Below, piece after piece: positions 47,401 to 60,457 of a stretch of 64,000 nt of DNA (positions are counted from its first letter, which is position 1; each line of letters starts with the position of its first letter). The translations under genes were made by a program, and so were the position numbers. The notes beneath the pieces were generated by a model, which was not told the origin of the DNA, did not search any database, and saw only the letters and a program-made list of their open reading frames with translations. Source of the DNA: Mobula hypostoma (lineage: Eukaryota); NCBI RefSeq assembly GCF_963921235.1, contig NC_086108.1:2418001-2482000 (forward strand). The letters are read 5' to 3'.

Positions 47401-50334
47401 GTAAGGTGCTCCTTTCCTCCACTAGCCTGTAGGTCAATCTTGGCAAGATGTAGCACCAGCTCAGTGCGCCCCCCCCCCAAAAATCAGGGGCAGTGAAGCC
47501 ATGGGAGCAGGTGATGGTTGTCGTATGAGCAGCTGGTGCATATCACGAGTCCTGGTAATGCGACCACTGTCACCAGACAATCTCTGAAGAGTATTGACAA
47601 TGGCTGGGGGGGGGTGTCACCTGTCTTGTAAAGACACTGCCCAGAAGAAGGCAATGGCGAATCACTTTTATAGAAAAAATTGCCAAGAGCAATCATGGTC
47701 ATGCATAGACCATGATTGCCTTTGTCATATGACACAGCACATAACAAATGACTACCTGTGACTCTACTTTTGAGGAATTATGGTTCTGCATTCCCCAATC
47801 CCTCTGTTCTGTCCCACTTCTCAGTGCCCTACCATTTCCTGCGAACCATTGCCAAACTTGGACCAGTGGATTAAGTATAATATCCAAATTACTGAAGCAT
47901 ATAGAGCAATCCTCCGATATCATTAAATGATATCCGAGCACTGATTTCCAACAGCACTCCACCAGTCATGGCCTCCAAACCTGAAAATCTCTGTGCATCC
48001 TACTGTTACAGTTCATTCCCTGATATGCAGCTCAGTATATTTGCACTGACCTTCCCTTTCCTCAATCCCTGCCCCCTTGTTTTGTTTCATAACTACATCT
48101 GGTTCCCCACTTATTGTACCAGTTATAGCCTTCAAAAAAAAATTGCTAAATCTGTTTTGCTTTTCATCAGTCCATGTTGTCAATCCTATTATTATCCTTT
48201 AACTATCCGTTGTTACTTAATGATTAGATTCTTGTTTTCCCTTCTAGTGAAGAGTTAGCTGTTAGTTTTGTTTTCCCATTTTGTTGTTTCTAAATAGTTG
48301 CACGTGCTATCTACTGCTCTGTGAATATTTTGGAGCTGACAGCCAATGCATCTGGTACCTATGTAGCCAACTCATTCAAACCCCTAGACTAGGGATTCTC
48401 AACCTGGGGTCCACAGACCTTTGTTTAATGTAAGGAGTACATACTGCCATTGGCATTTAGGGCAGCAGTGAGGATCCTCCATTTCAGGGCTTCCTTCATT
48501 GTGTCAGTAGCATCTTCTCGGTTTTCACTACTGTCAGGCATGCAAGTTCTGGGTAGAGACTCAGGAATACTGTCACACTCGGATGTAGAAGCACTCTTCA
48601 TTGGTCAAACAAAGTTGTTGAGGAAACAGCAGTCAGGGTGGTTAGCTTTGAGCTGAACTGTCCAAAACCAGAGGGCTGATGGGCCGCTCTTAGTCTGGCC
48701 TCTACCCTTTGACCTGTTTGGCATGGGTGACTCTACCAGGACCCAAAGTGTAAAGCCCCAACTCCAACTTTCCATGGCATAAGAAATGTTAGAAATCCCT
48801 GCCCTAGGGTGTAGTTCATCAGCTGCAGATGATTTATAAAATTTCACCCCCCTCCTTAATTGCTCTAATGTAGAAGTTTCCAACCTGGGGTCCACGAACC
48901 CTCTTGATTAATGGTAAGATGCAATGACATAAAATAGGTTGGGAACCCCTGGTAGACCTTTGCATTGCATGGTTCAGTGAAGTTATCATCAGGTCACCTC
49001 TCATCCTCCACCGCTCCAAGGAGAAAAGGCCGAGTTCACTCAACCTATTCTCATAAGGCATGCTCCCCAATCCAGGCAACATCCTTGTAAATCTCCTCTG
49101 CACCCTTTCTATGGTTTCCACATCCTTCCTCTATTGAGGTGACCAGAACTGAGCACAGTACTCCAAGTGGGGTCTGACCAGGGTCCTGTATAGCTGTAAC
49201 ATTAATCCTCGGCTCCTAAATTCAATTCCACGATTGATGAAGGCCAATACACCTTATGCCTTCTTAACCACAGAGTCAACCTGCACAGCTGCTTCTACAT
49301 TACTACCTTCTCCCCTCACCTGGTTTCACTTATCACCTGCTGGCTTGTACTCCCTCCCCTTGCACCACTTCTACCCCTTCCTTTCAAATCCTGATGAAGG
49401 GTCTCAGCCTGAAATGTGGACTGTTTATTCCCCTCCATAGATCCTGCAGGACCTGCTCAGTTCCTTCAGCATTTTGTGTGTTACTCTTCACTTAAAGGTT
49501 TTGTTTAAAAGTTCCATTCTCTAAAATGGTGCAGGTGTTATTCAGACCCAGTAGAGCCTGTTTGGATTGGATGATGGAATTGTTAATAAAATTATTACAG
49601 CTGTGGGGTAACGTTGCAACTCTATAAAACTCTGGTTAGATCACACTTGGAATATTGTGTTCAGTTCTGACTGCCTCATTACAGGAAGGACGTGGAAGCT
49701 TTAGAGAGGGTGCAGAGGAGATTTACCTGAAAAGCTGCCTTTATTAGAGATCTTATGCGGATTGGTTGAGCGAGCTGGTCTTTCCACTTTAGAGAGGAGG
49801 AGGATGAGAGGTGATTTAATAGATAAGTACAAGGTGATGAGAGGCATAGATTGAGTCAGAGACTTTTTTTTTGCTAGGGCAGAAATGGCAAATATGAAGG
49901 GACTTAATTTTATGGTGATTGGAGGGAAGTTTGGGGGATATGATAAAGGTAAGGTTCTTTTTTTACAGAGTGGTGGGTGCATGGAACACGCTGCCGGGGG
50001 TGATGATGGAAACATTTGGGGCATTTAAGAAATTCTTAGGTCGGCACATACCTACTAACTTGCACCCTTAGCTCCTAGGTGGAGCATAAGCCATTGATGA
50101 CCTTCCATCTCCATCGTCCACTGAAGTCAGTTGGAGTTCATTAATGCTTCTGTAATCTATTGGCAGATAGGCACATGGATGACAGAAAAATGGAGGGATA
50201 CATAGGAGGGAAGGGTAAGATTGATCTTGGAATAAAAGATTAGCATAACATCTTGGACCAAAGGGTCTGTACTGTGCTGTGCTAAAATTGGATGGTGAGC
50301 GTCCTTGGTGGGGAATGCTGCTTTCCTACCCACC

Positions 50335-50841
50335 ACTGTGTAACACGTAGTATGTGAGTTATTGTCACCTTCCTATCAGCTTCAACCGGTCTGGCCATTC
50401 ACCTCTGTCATTAACAAGGTTTTTTTTGTGTGCCACGGAACTGCCACACGCTGGATTTTTTTTTTTGTGGGCACTATTTTCTGTTAAAACTGTAGAGCAG
50501 GATTCCCAGCCGGAGGTCCACGGATCCCTTACTTAATGGTATTGGCGCATGGCGTAAAAAAAGGTTGGGAACCTCTGCTCTAGAGACTGTTGTGCATGAA
50601 AATCCTTGGAGATCAGCAGTTCCTGAGTTATTCAAACCACCCCATCTGGTCCCAACAATCATTCCACGGTTAAAAGTTACTTCAGTCACATTTCATTCCC
50701 CATTCTGATGTGTAGTCTGAACATCAACTAAACCTCTTGACCATGTCTGCATGTTTTTATGTATTGAGTTGCTGCTAAACGATTGACTAATTAGATATTT
50801 TTATTAATGTCAAATGGACCTACTAAAGTGATCAATTGTAA
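50335..50841 (-). mobile_element. Tc1-like transposon fragment with nested MITE
   Basis: HTH-like ORF FNRGMIVGTRWGGLNNSGTADLQGFSCTTVSR; terminus CCTACTAAAGTG...TGTA. Confidence 0.65.
50498..50578. mobile_element. About 80-bp hAT-type MITE
   Basis: Imperfect CAGGGGTTCCCAACC-type TIRs; 8-bp flanks CTGTAGAG/CTCTAGAG; related copies near 27702, 48390, 48870 and 59930. Confidence 0.7.
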
Positions 50842-50924
50842 TCTTAAAAGTGAGAAGTATATATATGAAATAACTTGGAAAATGTGCAAACTATGAGCAA
50901 CGAGGCCCCCCTCCCTACGCCACA

Positions 50925-51035
50925 ATGATGACCAGAGAACACACCACAAGTGAACAATACACTGATGATGTCTCCTTGTATGGTGATGAAACATTATCAG
51001 TTGGATTGCCAAGATTGGAGTACAACTCAAACCAA
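50925..51035 (+). mobile_element. Solo pLTR of the second Penelope family with hammerhead motif
   Basis: CACTGATGATGTCTCCTTGTATGGTGATGAAAC; homologous to 3390-3495. Confidence 0.7.
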
Positions 51036-51664
51036 CCAGATTGATTGTATGTCCATAAAGTGACGCTAGACACAGGAGTGTCAGTTGACTCTGTGGGTGG
51101 GTTAGTGATCAGCCTTACTGTTTGGGTGTGTTGGTCCTGGTGAGTCTGGAGGCCCAGACTAAGAGTGGTCCATCTGTCCTCTGTTTGGGGGGTGGGGGGG
51201 GGGGTTCATCTCAGGACTAACAACCCTGTCTGGCCAAACAGAATGGTTACAGAAACAGCAATGAAGTATCCTTCTACATCTGAGTACGATGGTATTCCTG
51301 AGACTCTTCTGGGACTTGCAGACTGACAGTGGTGAAAATGAAGAGAAAACTGCTAACACAGTGAAGGATGCCCTGACCACACCAGAGATGGAAGATCTTC
51401 ATTGCTGCCCTAAACGCCAGCAGCGTAACGGGCAGTAGAGTAGAGAGTATTAAGTACTTAAGGTGTGTCCTATCTTTCCATTGTCCAGCAGTGCTCTGAA
51501 ATCTCAAATTTAGTTTCTGAGCATCCCTGATTCCTTCCCTACACTGATCAATTGGAATTGGTCGGTGGCTATCCCTTCAGTAGCCAAGGCCTTGTAGTTT
51601 GGAAATTCCGTTACTTCTCTGCTTTTTATTTCAATCTGCCCTTTTTGATAAGACTCATTCCATA

Positions 51665-52288
51665 TGTAACGGCCTTTGCCCCAACTGACTCCCGTTGCCT
51701 AGGGTGAATAGCCATCGACCCCGCCAAACAGTGCAAATGCTTTGGTGCGGATACGGTGTGAGGCACCCAATGATCAGCCAAGACACAAATATTAAACAAT
51801 ATACCAAATACGAGTAAAGTATTGTACTTTATAGCAAGTTTTGCTGATGGGTTAGCAGCAACAACTAAAAGAAAAGGCGCCGCATAAGTAACTTATCAGT
51901 TTTGTGCACATAATATTTTAATACGTTGGAGCTCACGCCTCCGATTCCATCCCCAACGTCCTTCCGAGACTCCGGCCACCATCCGAACCCCTGCAGTCTG
52001 GTATCTGCCGCCCTGGAACCGCTGTCCGTTCCCCGCATGTCTGTCCTGTCTGCTCACCTCCCTAAAACGCCTGCGCTCCTCAACTCAGCACACACATACA
52101 AGATAACATAACATTTGCTAGCAAATGAATACAATTTCCATTATCACACTCTATAACCCAAACATTGCCGTTACAGAGAACCCCTTGCTCAGCAGTTAAC
52201 AGTACGAAGACCATTTTAGTTTAACACTTCATTTTGTAATAGGCAATTAACAGCTAACAGTCCAGCTAATATTACTGAGAATCCTACA
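51665..52288. mobile_element. Solo LTR (Gypsy-like)
   Basis: TGTA...TACA termini, 4-bp TSD CATA at 51661-51664 and 52289-52292; CpG-rich; patchy similarity to 28602-28950. Confidence 0.7.
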
Positions 52289-52444
52289 CATACCAATTCT
52301 TCTGAATCACTAAAACTTCCTTTAACAGGCTTAGTATCAATTTTCAATTGAGTGAGGTTCTGTGACACATTCTGGATTGTAGAAACACAAAGAATGCTAA
52401 ATGCACAATGAATGGTTGACCTTCTAAAGGTTACTTCATTATCA

Positions 52445-52795
52445 GATGTTGAAAGGCTTTGATAGAGTGGATGTGAAGAGGATGTTTCCTGTGGTGGGGG
52501 AGTCTGTGACCAGGGGGCTCAGCCTCAGGATAGAGGGGTGTCCATTTAGAATGAAGATGAGGGATTTCTTTAGCCAGAGGGTGGTAAATCTGTGGAATTT
52601 GTTGCCACAGCCAGCAATGGAGGTCAAGTCATTAGGTATATTTAAGGCAGAGGTTGATATATTCTTGATTAGTCAGGACATGAAGGGATATGGGGAGAAG
52701 GCAGGAGATTGGGGTTGGGAGAGAAAATAGGTCAGCCATGATGAAATGGTGGGGCAGACTCAATGGGCCAAATGGCCTAATTCTGCTGTTATACT
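52445..52795 (+). mobile_element. CR1 LINE 3' end
   Basis: TRGLSLRIEGCPFR...FFSQRVVNLWNLLP and 3' UTR GGGCCAAATGGCCTAATTCTGC. Confidence 0.85.
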
Positions 52796-53123
52796 CTCAT
52801 TAAAAAAACTTTTCAAGTTCAAAGTAAGTTTCTTATCAAAGTACATACGTCACCATATACCACCCTGAAATTCATTTTTTTGTGGTCATTTGCAGTAAAT
52901 ATAAAGAAATACAATAAAGTCAATGAAAACCGCACACAAGCGAAGATGGACAAACAGCCAACGTGCAAAAGACAAACTATCAAATACGATAAATAAATTA
53001 AAAGTATTGAGAACATGAGCTATAGAGTTCTTGAAAGTGAGTCCATAGGCCGTAGAATGAGTTCAGTTTGAGGTGACTGAAGTACCCATCCAGGTCAGGA
53101 GCCTGCTGGCACCTGGCTGTGTA

Positions 53124-53316
53124 TGACCTGAGGCTCTTGTCCTTCCTTCCTGATAGCAGCCATGAGAAGAGAGCGTGGCCTAGATGGTGACCTGAGGTTC
53201 CTGTCTCTCCTTCCTGATAGCAGCCGTGAGAAGAGAGCGTGGCCTGGATGGTGACCTGAGGCTCCTGTCTCTCCTTCCTGATAGCAGCTGTGAGAAGAGA
53301 GCGTGGTCTGGATGGT
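53124..53316. repeat. 3 x 64-bp tandem repeat inside a Rex1 fragment
   Basis: Units start at 53124, 53188 and 53252 (TGACCTGAGG...GATGG). Confidence 0.9.
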
Positions 53317-53862
53317 GGGGGCCCTTATGATGGATGCTACTTGCTTGTGGCAACGCTCCTTGTAAATGTGCTCATTTGGTGGGGAGGGCTTTGCCTGTGA
53401 TGGACTGGGCTGATCCACTGCTTTTTCTAGGCTTTTCTTTTTTGTGCATTTCCCAGCTCTGCCATTGAATATATGGACCTGGAATAATAACTTTGGGGGC
53501 AGAACATTGGTCTCTGGCAGATTTGATTACTTAAAAATGATGTTTATTACCACATTTTATTTGAGCCTTGTTCCAGTAAGAAATAATGGAGATACAGGAA
53601 ACTGCAGATGCTGCAGTCTGGTACAACACACAAAATGCTGGATGAACTCAGCAAGGTCAGGCAGCATCGATGGAAGGAAATGGACAGTCAGGGTTTGAGT
53701 TGAGACCTTTCAGGCTTGGAAGGAGGGCAGATAGCAAACATAAAAATGGTGGTGGGACCTTGCTGAGGACCCCCACCATCCAGTGGTGGGAGAGGAGTGG
53801 AGCAAGTATTGGTGGGGGATAGGTGAAGGATGATGGGCAGAGGGAGAAAGCGAGGGAACGAT

Positions 53863-54151
53863 TTTATTTTATTTATTGAGACACTGTGTGGAATAGATCC
53901 TTCCTGCCCTTCAAGATGTGCCGCCCAGCAATCCCATTTAATCCTAGCCAAATCACAAAACAGTTTACAATGACCAATTAATTTATCAACCGGTATATCT
54001 TTTGGACTATGGGAGGAAACTGGAGCACCAAGAGGAAACCTACATGGTCACAGGAAGAAATTGCAAACTCCTTACAGGTAATAGTGTGAATTGAACCCAT
54101 GTTGCTGGTACTGTAAAGCATTGTGCTAACCACTATGCTACCATGCCATCC
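53863..54151 (-). mobile_element. tRNA-derived SINE (V-SINE/HE1-like), full length
   Basis: Reverse strand reads GGATGGCATGGTAGCATAGTGGTTAG (A box)...GGGTTCAATTC (B box), then core and AATAAA-repeat tail. Confidence 0.8.
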
Positions 54152-55840
54152 TGTAGTACCTGCTTAGCACCCTCCCCACCCCCACCCCCATCCTGATCAG
54201 GGTCACGTGAAGCCACGGGAGCAGGTGATGGATGGTCCTATGGGCAGCTGGTGCATATCACAAGTCCTGGTTATGTGGCCACTGACATCAGGCAATTTCT
54301 GAAGAGTATTGATTGTGGGTGGGGAGGTCACCAGTCTTGTAAACCCACTGCCCAGAAGGCGGCAATGGCAAACCACTTCTGTAGAAAGATTTGCCAGGAA
54401 CAATCATTGTCATGGAAAGACCAAGATCGTCCACATCATATGACATGGCACATGATGATAATGTTACTGTCACCATTATAATAGAGGGGAATTGGTTTTC
54501 TAATTTCGAATTTGGTTTCTAATTTCATACAACATTGTTTCAGAGGTACTTGTGCAGAAACACATCATATGGCATAAAAACAATTCATTTAAAATTCTAC
54601 TTTGTTTCTGTTATTCCCACTCCACCGACTGAATAAGACACAAATTCAAGCCTTTTTTAAAATTGACAGTGAACAAAATTTTTGGAGTGGACTTAAAGGT
54701 TGAAGCAGTGAAGATAGGAAAGTCAGACTAAGAAGAAAGTTGTGGCTGGCCTTAGATGATTTAAAGTATATTGATTGGTCTTCCTGAAGCACAAGTATGA
54801 TGTGGCACCTCCTTGGCATACATATCTGCTGTAGATGTGGTGGGGCAATTGGAGGCAGGATCCGGATTAGTTAGTGACCGTAGTGGAGCACAATCCCAAA
54901 CTGTTGCACTATTTTCCCAAACAAAAATCAGAAGTAACAGTAATTATAAACATGAGAAAATCTGCAGATGCTGGAAATCCAAAGCAATGCACACAAATTG
55001 CTAGTAAATAGTAACGATGGAATTAGTGGACCAGACTTAGTAAGCCGAATTGCTGAATTCTGCTTTATGCCTTGTGATCAAAAATAAGAGAATGGTGCTT
55101 GAGTGAAATACCCTAAGAGTTGCAATGGGTTGGGTTTGGACAGCTTGTGTACTGCAGACCTTTTAACAATTTTTTAAATTTGTGTTCTTTTTATTTACAC
55201 GTATGACTGCAAATCTTTTAACAAGCTTTTATTTACATGTATCAGGAATTTGCTGTGGTGCGTTGGTCAGGGTGCAACATGCAACACAAAAATCAACATT
55301 CAGAGTATAAAGAATTATATAAAAAAATAGAGTAAGAAGTTAAAGGATAGATGTGGAATACCATGTACACAAATACCAGCATGTATTTACAATGTGACCA
55401 GCCTTATAGAAGGAGTTTAAAATGTTTACACTGCAGTGATGGTGCTAATACATAAGGGGGGGGGGGGTGGGAAGGTCACTAACTAGAATGTTTCATCAAG
55501 TTAACTGCCTAGCGGAAAAAAATTTGAAGGTGACGTGATTTTTGTTTTAATAGCCCTAGAGCACTTTTAGAAGCAAGATTTTGGAAAAGACAGTTTGCAG
55601 GGTGGGTGGTGACCACAATGATTTTTCCTGCCCGCTTCTTTGTCCTGAACACGTATAACTGAGTTTGAAAATGACATACCTGGAGAAAGCCATTGCCAAG
55701 ATCATAGAGTTTTGGGAGTCAAATGGGGGGTGGGGGAGAAATAGCAGTGAAATAAAAACAAATGGTTTGAGATTGATTTATAAAGGAGATGGTGTTTTTT
55801 GCTGCTGTTGTATCTAATTCACATATAATTTTCTATACAG

Positions 55841-56049
55841 GCTGTGAAGATCTGATTGTTGAGAGCGTTACGCTGGACTCACTAGTGACTATCCTGAAGT
55901 GGAGTTCGCAACCTTATGGATCCAAGTGGGTCCATCGGCAGATGCTGCATTTCCTCTGTGAGGAGTTCAGTAATATCATCGCTTCAGACAGTCTCTTGGA
56001 GCTCAGTAAGGAGCACCTGATGGCAGCCATCCAGTCAGACTACCTGCAG
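55841..56049 (+). CDS. BTBD7: BTBD7-like exon (start of BACK-like region)
   Basis: Encodes (G)CEDLIVESVTLDSLVTILKWSSQPYGSKWVHRQMLHFLCEEF...AIQSDYLQ, continuing MLAQG in frame. Acceptor ttttctatacAG at 55840, donor GT at 56050. Confidence 0.93.
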
Positions 56050-57649
56050 GTACTGGACTTCTGTCATCAGTTAATGAATTCCAGCTTGTGTATTTGAGGG
56101 ATTTGTTAACGAAAGATAACAAGATTTGAATTAGGTTTTGTATCACTAGCGTATGGATGTGGAGTTGATGTTTCTTATGGTGGGGGAGACTAGGACCAGA
56201 GGGCACAGCCTCATAATAGAGGGGTGTCCTTTTAGAATGGAGCTGAGGAGGAATTTCTTTATCCAGATTGTGGCAAATCTATAGAGGCCAAGTAATGTTG
56301 GTATATTTAAGGTGGAGGTTGATAGATTAATCAGGGCGTGAAAGGTTATGGGTGGGGTGGGGGGGAAGGCAGGGGAATGGGGTGAGAGAGAAATGGATCA
56401 GCCCATGATCAAATAACGAGTAGACTTGATGGGCTGAATGTGCTAATTTTGCTCTAATGTCTTGTATGTTATGAAATTTGTTGTTTTGCAGCAGCATTGT
56501 TTATGTAAATTATTATAAGAAATATAGATGTACTGTCCTTGCTGAGGTGTTGTCACATCAATTAGACAGTCAGCCAAACTCCATTCAAAAATGACATGAG
56601 AGTCAGCGTATGGAGTCCTAGCTCCTTGGGTTTATTGCAGACTCAATGATATGACATAGTGGATAAGGAGCAAAATGGAAAAACAACAAAATACAGTGAA
56701 ATTACCATGTTGTTTTATTCACACAAAATATAAGATTCTGACAATACTACAGGTAAACAGTTAGCATCTAGCTTAGTGTTGATTAAACTTGAAAATAACA
56801 TTCAATTTCAGCAAACTCTTATTGAAACCTTCAGATTAACTTCTAAACAATATAGCATCAACTTACAAGCAGTGTTTGTGCTGGGGAACAGCAGGATGGC
56901 TTTGGATAGAAACTTGCACTTCTAACATAAACCTCTGGACTTCTATCAACCACTGTGCTTTCCTACTTAACACTTCCTGTCTGCACAGAAAGTGATCTAA
57001 TACACATCAGAAACTACTCATTAAAATAAAAGCTGCATGTGATTAGTCACATACAAAGACATAAATGAATTGCCCAAAGGGCAGAACAATATATAATTGA
57101 AATATTGCAAAAAGAGCACAAAAAATTGAGGTAGTGTTCATTGTCCATTCAGAGATCTGATGGAGGAGGGGAAGAAGATGTTTCTTAACGACCTAACCTG
57201 GTTGCAACATTTTGATGCAGCTGTAAAGAAGGCAAGGCAGCAACTATATTTCATTAGGAGTTTGAGTAGATTTGGTTTGTCACCTAAAACATTCAAACTT
57301 TTATTAATGTACCATGGAGAGCACACTAACTGGCTGCATCACATCTGGTATGGAGAGGGACTACTGCACAGGATTGAAGTAAGTTGCAAAAGGTTGTAAA
57401 ATTAGTCAGCTCCATCTTGGGTACTAGCCTCTGCAGTATCCAGAACAGCTCAGGGAGCGGTGCCTCAGGAAGGCGGTATCCATCATTAAGGACTCCCTCC
57501 ACACAGGACATGCCCTCTTCTCATTGTTACCGATGGGAGGGAGGTACAGGGACCTGAAGACACACTCTCAATGATTCAGGAACAGCTTCTTCCCCTCTAC
57601 CATCCAATTTCTAAATGGACATTGAACCCATAAACACTACCTTACTACT

Positions 57650-59520
57650 GTTTTTAAAAGTGGATTATTTCTTCAGCAGTTTGATCGGGGCGTGACTGCA
57701 CAAGCATGTGGATGTCAGCCAGTGAGAACAGCGAGAAGAGTTTAAAGGGAGACGGTTATTTCTTCAGTGGTTTGATTGGGACACGACTGCGTAAGCGCGT
57801 GTATGTCAGCCAGTGTGAACGGTGAGAAGAATTTAAAAGGAGACAGCCTTATAGAGCAAGTGACAGAGTAGAGGGAGACAGAGTAGGGAGGCTTTGGCTC
57901 AACGGGGCTTCGGCGTTAACAGGTCAAGGTGGGGTAGGTTGCCTAAGTAGAATACAGACAGGAAGAATGTGTGTGAAGACGGTTCTCTGTGCTCAGTGTC
58001 AGATGTGGGATGTCCGGGAGACTCCCAGCCTCCCGGACGGCCACATCTGCGCCAGGTGTGTCAAGCTGCGGCTCCTTAGGGACCGTGTTAGGGAACTGGA
58101 GATGCAGCTCGATGACCTTCGTCTGGTCAGAGAGAATGAGGAGGTGATAGGGAGGAGCTATAGGCAGGTAGTCACACCGGGGCATGGGGAGACAGATAAG
58201 TGGGTAACAGTCAGATAGGGTAGGGAAAGGAGGAGGATGGCAGCAGTGATAGGGGACTCTATAGTTAGGGGGACAAACAGGTGATTCTGTGGACGCAGAA
58301 AAGAAGCACGGATGGTAGTTTGCATCCCAGGTGCCAGGGTCCGGGATGTTTTTGATCGCATCCAAGATATCCTGAAGTGGGAAGGAGAACAGCCAGAGGT
58401 CGTGGTACATATTGGTACCAACCACATAGGCAGGAAAAGGGAGGAGGTCCTGAAAGCGGACTACAGGGATTAGGAAGGAATTTGAGAAGCAGGACCACAA
58501 AGGTAGTCATCTCAGGATTACTGCCTGTGCCACGCCATAGTGAGTATAGGAATAGAGCTGGTGGAGGATAAATGCGTGGCTGAGGGATTTGGAGCAGGGG
58601 GCAGGGATTCAGATCTTTGGATCATTGGGATCCCTTTTGGAGCAGGAGTGACCTGCACAAAAAGGACGGGTTGCACTTGAATCCGAAGGGGACCAATAGC
58701 CTGGCAGGGAGGTTTGCTAAGGCTGTTGGGGAGAGTTTAAACTAGGATTGCTGGGGGGGGGGGGGAACCAAACTGAAGAAGCGGTTGGCTTACAAATAGA
58801 GAAAGGTTGGAGACAGTGTGAGAGGGATGATAAGCAGGTGATCAAGAAGCAACGCACTCAGACCAGTGGTTTGAGATGTGACTATTTTAATGCAAGGAGT
58901 ATTATGAACAAAGCGGATGACCTTCGAGCATGGATTAGTACTTGGAGTTATGATATTGTGAACATTACAGAGACTTGGATGGCTCAGGGGCAGGAATGGT
59001 TACTTCAAGTGCCAGGCTTTAGATGTTTCAGAAAGGACAGGGAGGGAAGCAGAAGAGGTGGGGGCACGGCAGGACGTTGAGGAGCGGATAGGGAGACAGA
59101 TTCTGGAAAGGTGTAATAATAACGGTTGTTGTGGTGGGAGATTTTAATTTCCCAAATAGCAATTGGCGTGTTCTTAGAACAAGGGGTTTAGATGGGGTGG
59201 AGTTTGTTAGGTGTGTTCAAGAAGGTTTCTTGACACAATATGTAGATAAGCCTACAAGAGGAGAGGCTGTACTTGATCTGGTATCAGGAAATGAACCTGG
59301 TCAGGTGTCAGATCTCTCAGTGGGAGAGCATTTTGGAGATAGTGATCGCAAATCTCCTTTAACATAGCATTGGAGAGAGATAGGAACAGACAAATTAGGA
59401 AAACGTTTAATTGGAGTGAGGGGAATTATGAGGCTATCAGGCAGGAACTTGGAAGCATAAATCGGAAACAGATGTTCTCAGGGAAACGTATGGAAGATAT
59501 GTGGCAAATGTTCAGGGGAT
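57650..59520 (+). mobile_element. CR1 LINE 5' half: tandem-repeat 5' UTR, ORF1 (zinc finger/leucine zipper + SGNH esterase) and ORF2 APE domain, decayed
   Basis: CAQC...HICARC...LRDRVRELEMQLDDL; AVIGDSIVRG, VVVHIGTN, DGLHLN; YFNARSIMNK...NITETW; VGDFNFP. Confidence 0.9.
57665..57846 (+). repeat. 2 x 91-bp tandem monomers in the CR1 5' UTR
   Basis: Units start at 57665 and 57756 (TTATTTCTTCAG...TTTAAA.GGAGAC.G). Confidence 0.85.
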
Positions 59521-60062
59521 AGATATTAAATAGTTAAATGAAATAACTTGTACAAAAGTAAAAAAAATAGTAGTGAGGTAGTGTTCAGGGGTTCACTGTC
59601 TATTCTGAAATCAGTTGGCAGAGGGGAAGAAGCAATTCCTGAATCGTTAGGCCGGGCGACGAGATCTAAGCCAGAGTGTATCACTGTACTGGGACTCACG
59701 CATTATGCGGGGTGTGACCCAGAGTTTGGACAATTTAAATGCTGGCCCTGATAGACTGGAATAGCAGGATGTTGGGACCCGAGCCGAGGGTTGGGCCGAA
59801 TCCACTCGCTCTCCTGTGACGTTCACTCCTCTCACTGTGGCACTGGAGCTAATAAGGATACTCCAGCTTCTATGCGCTTCATGTCTGTGAGCTTCACGGC
59901 GACTTGCCATATATAATGAACTGAGGTGTGAAAGAGTTTATGCCATGGACCCCTACCATTAACCAAGGCACCTGTGGGCCCCAGATTGGGAGCTCCTGCT
60001 TGGAACTAGAAAAGAGGTTGGAAAATTTGGATACTTGCACAGACCCAGTCCACACCTATAGT

Positions 60063-60457
60063 TAGAAACATAGAAAATAGGTACAGGAGTAGGCTATTTG
60101 GCCCTTCGAGCCTGCACCGCCATTCAATATGATCATGGCTGATCATCCAACTCAGAACCCTGTACCTGCTTTCTCTCCCTACCCCCGATCCCTTTAGTCA
60201 CAAGGGCCATATCTAACTCCCCCTTAAATATAGCCAATGAATTGGCCTCAACTGTTTCCTGTGGCAGAGAATTCCACAGATTCACCAATCTCTGTGTGAA
60301 GAAGTTTTTCCTCATCTCGGTCCTAAAAGGCTTCCCCTTTATCCTTAAACTGTGACCCCTCATTCTGGACTTCCCCAACATCGGAAACAATCTTCCTGCA
60401 TCCGGCCTGTCCAATCCCTTTAGAATTTTATACGTTTCAATAAGATCCCCCCTCAAT
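60063..60457 (-). mobile_element. Young CR1 LINE 3' end
   Basis: RGDLIETYKILKGLD...RGHSLRIKG...FFTQRLVNLWNSLP plus TTTTCTATGTTTCT tail. Confidence 0.9.

Noticed and set aside
53124..53316. CRISPR-like array
   Set aside because: Contiguous tandem units with no unique spacers, in a vertebrate LINE context.
56545..57055. LTR-like segment
   Set aside because: TG...CA candidates exist, but there is no convincing TSD or second copy.
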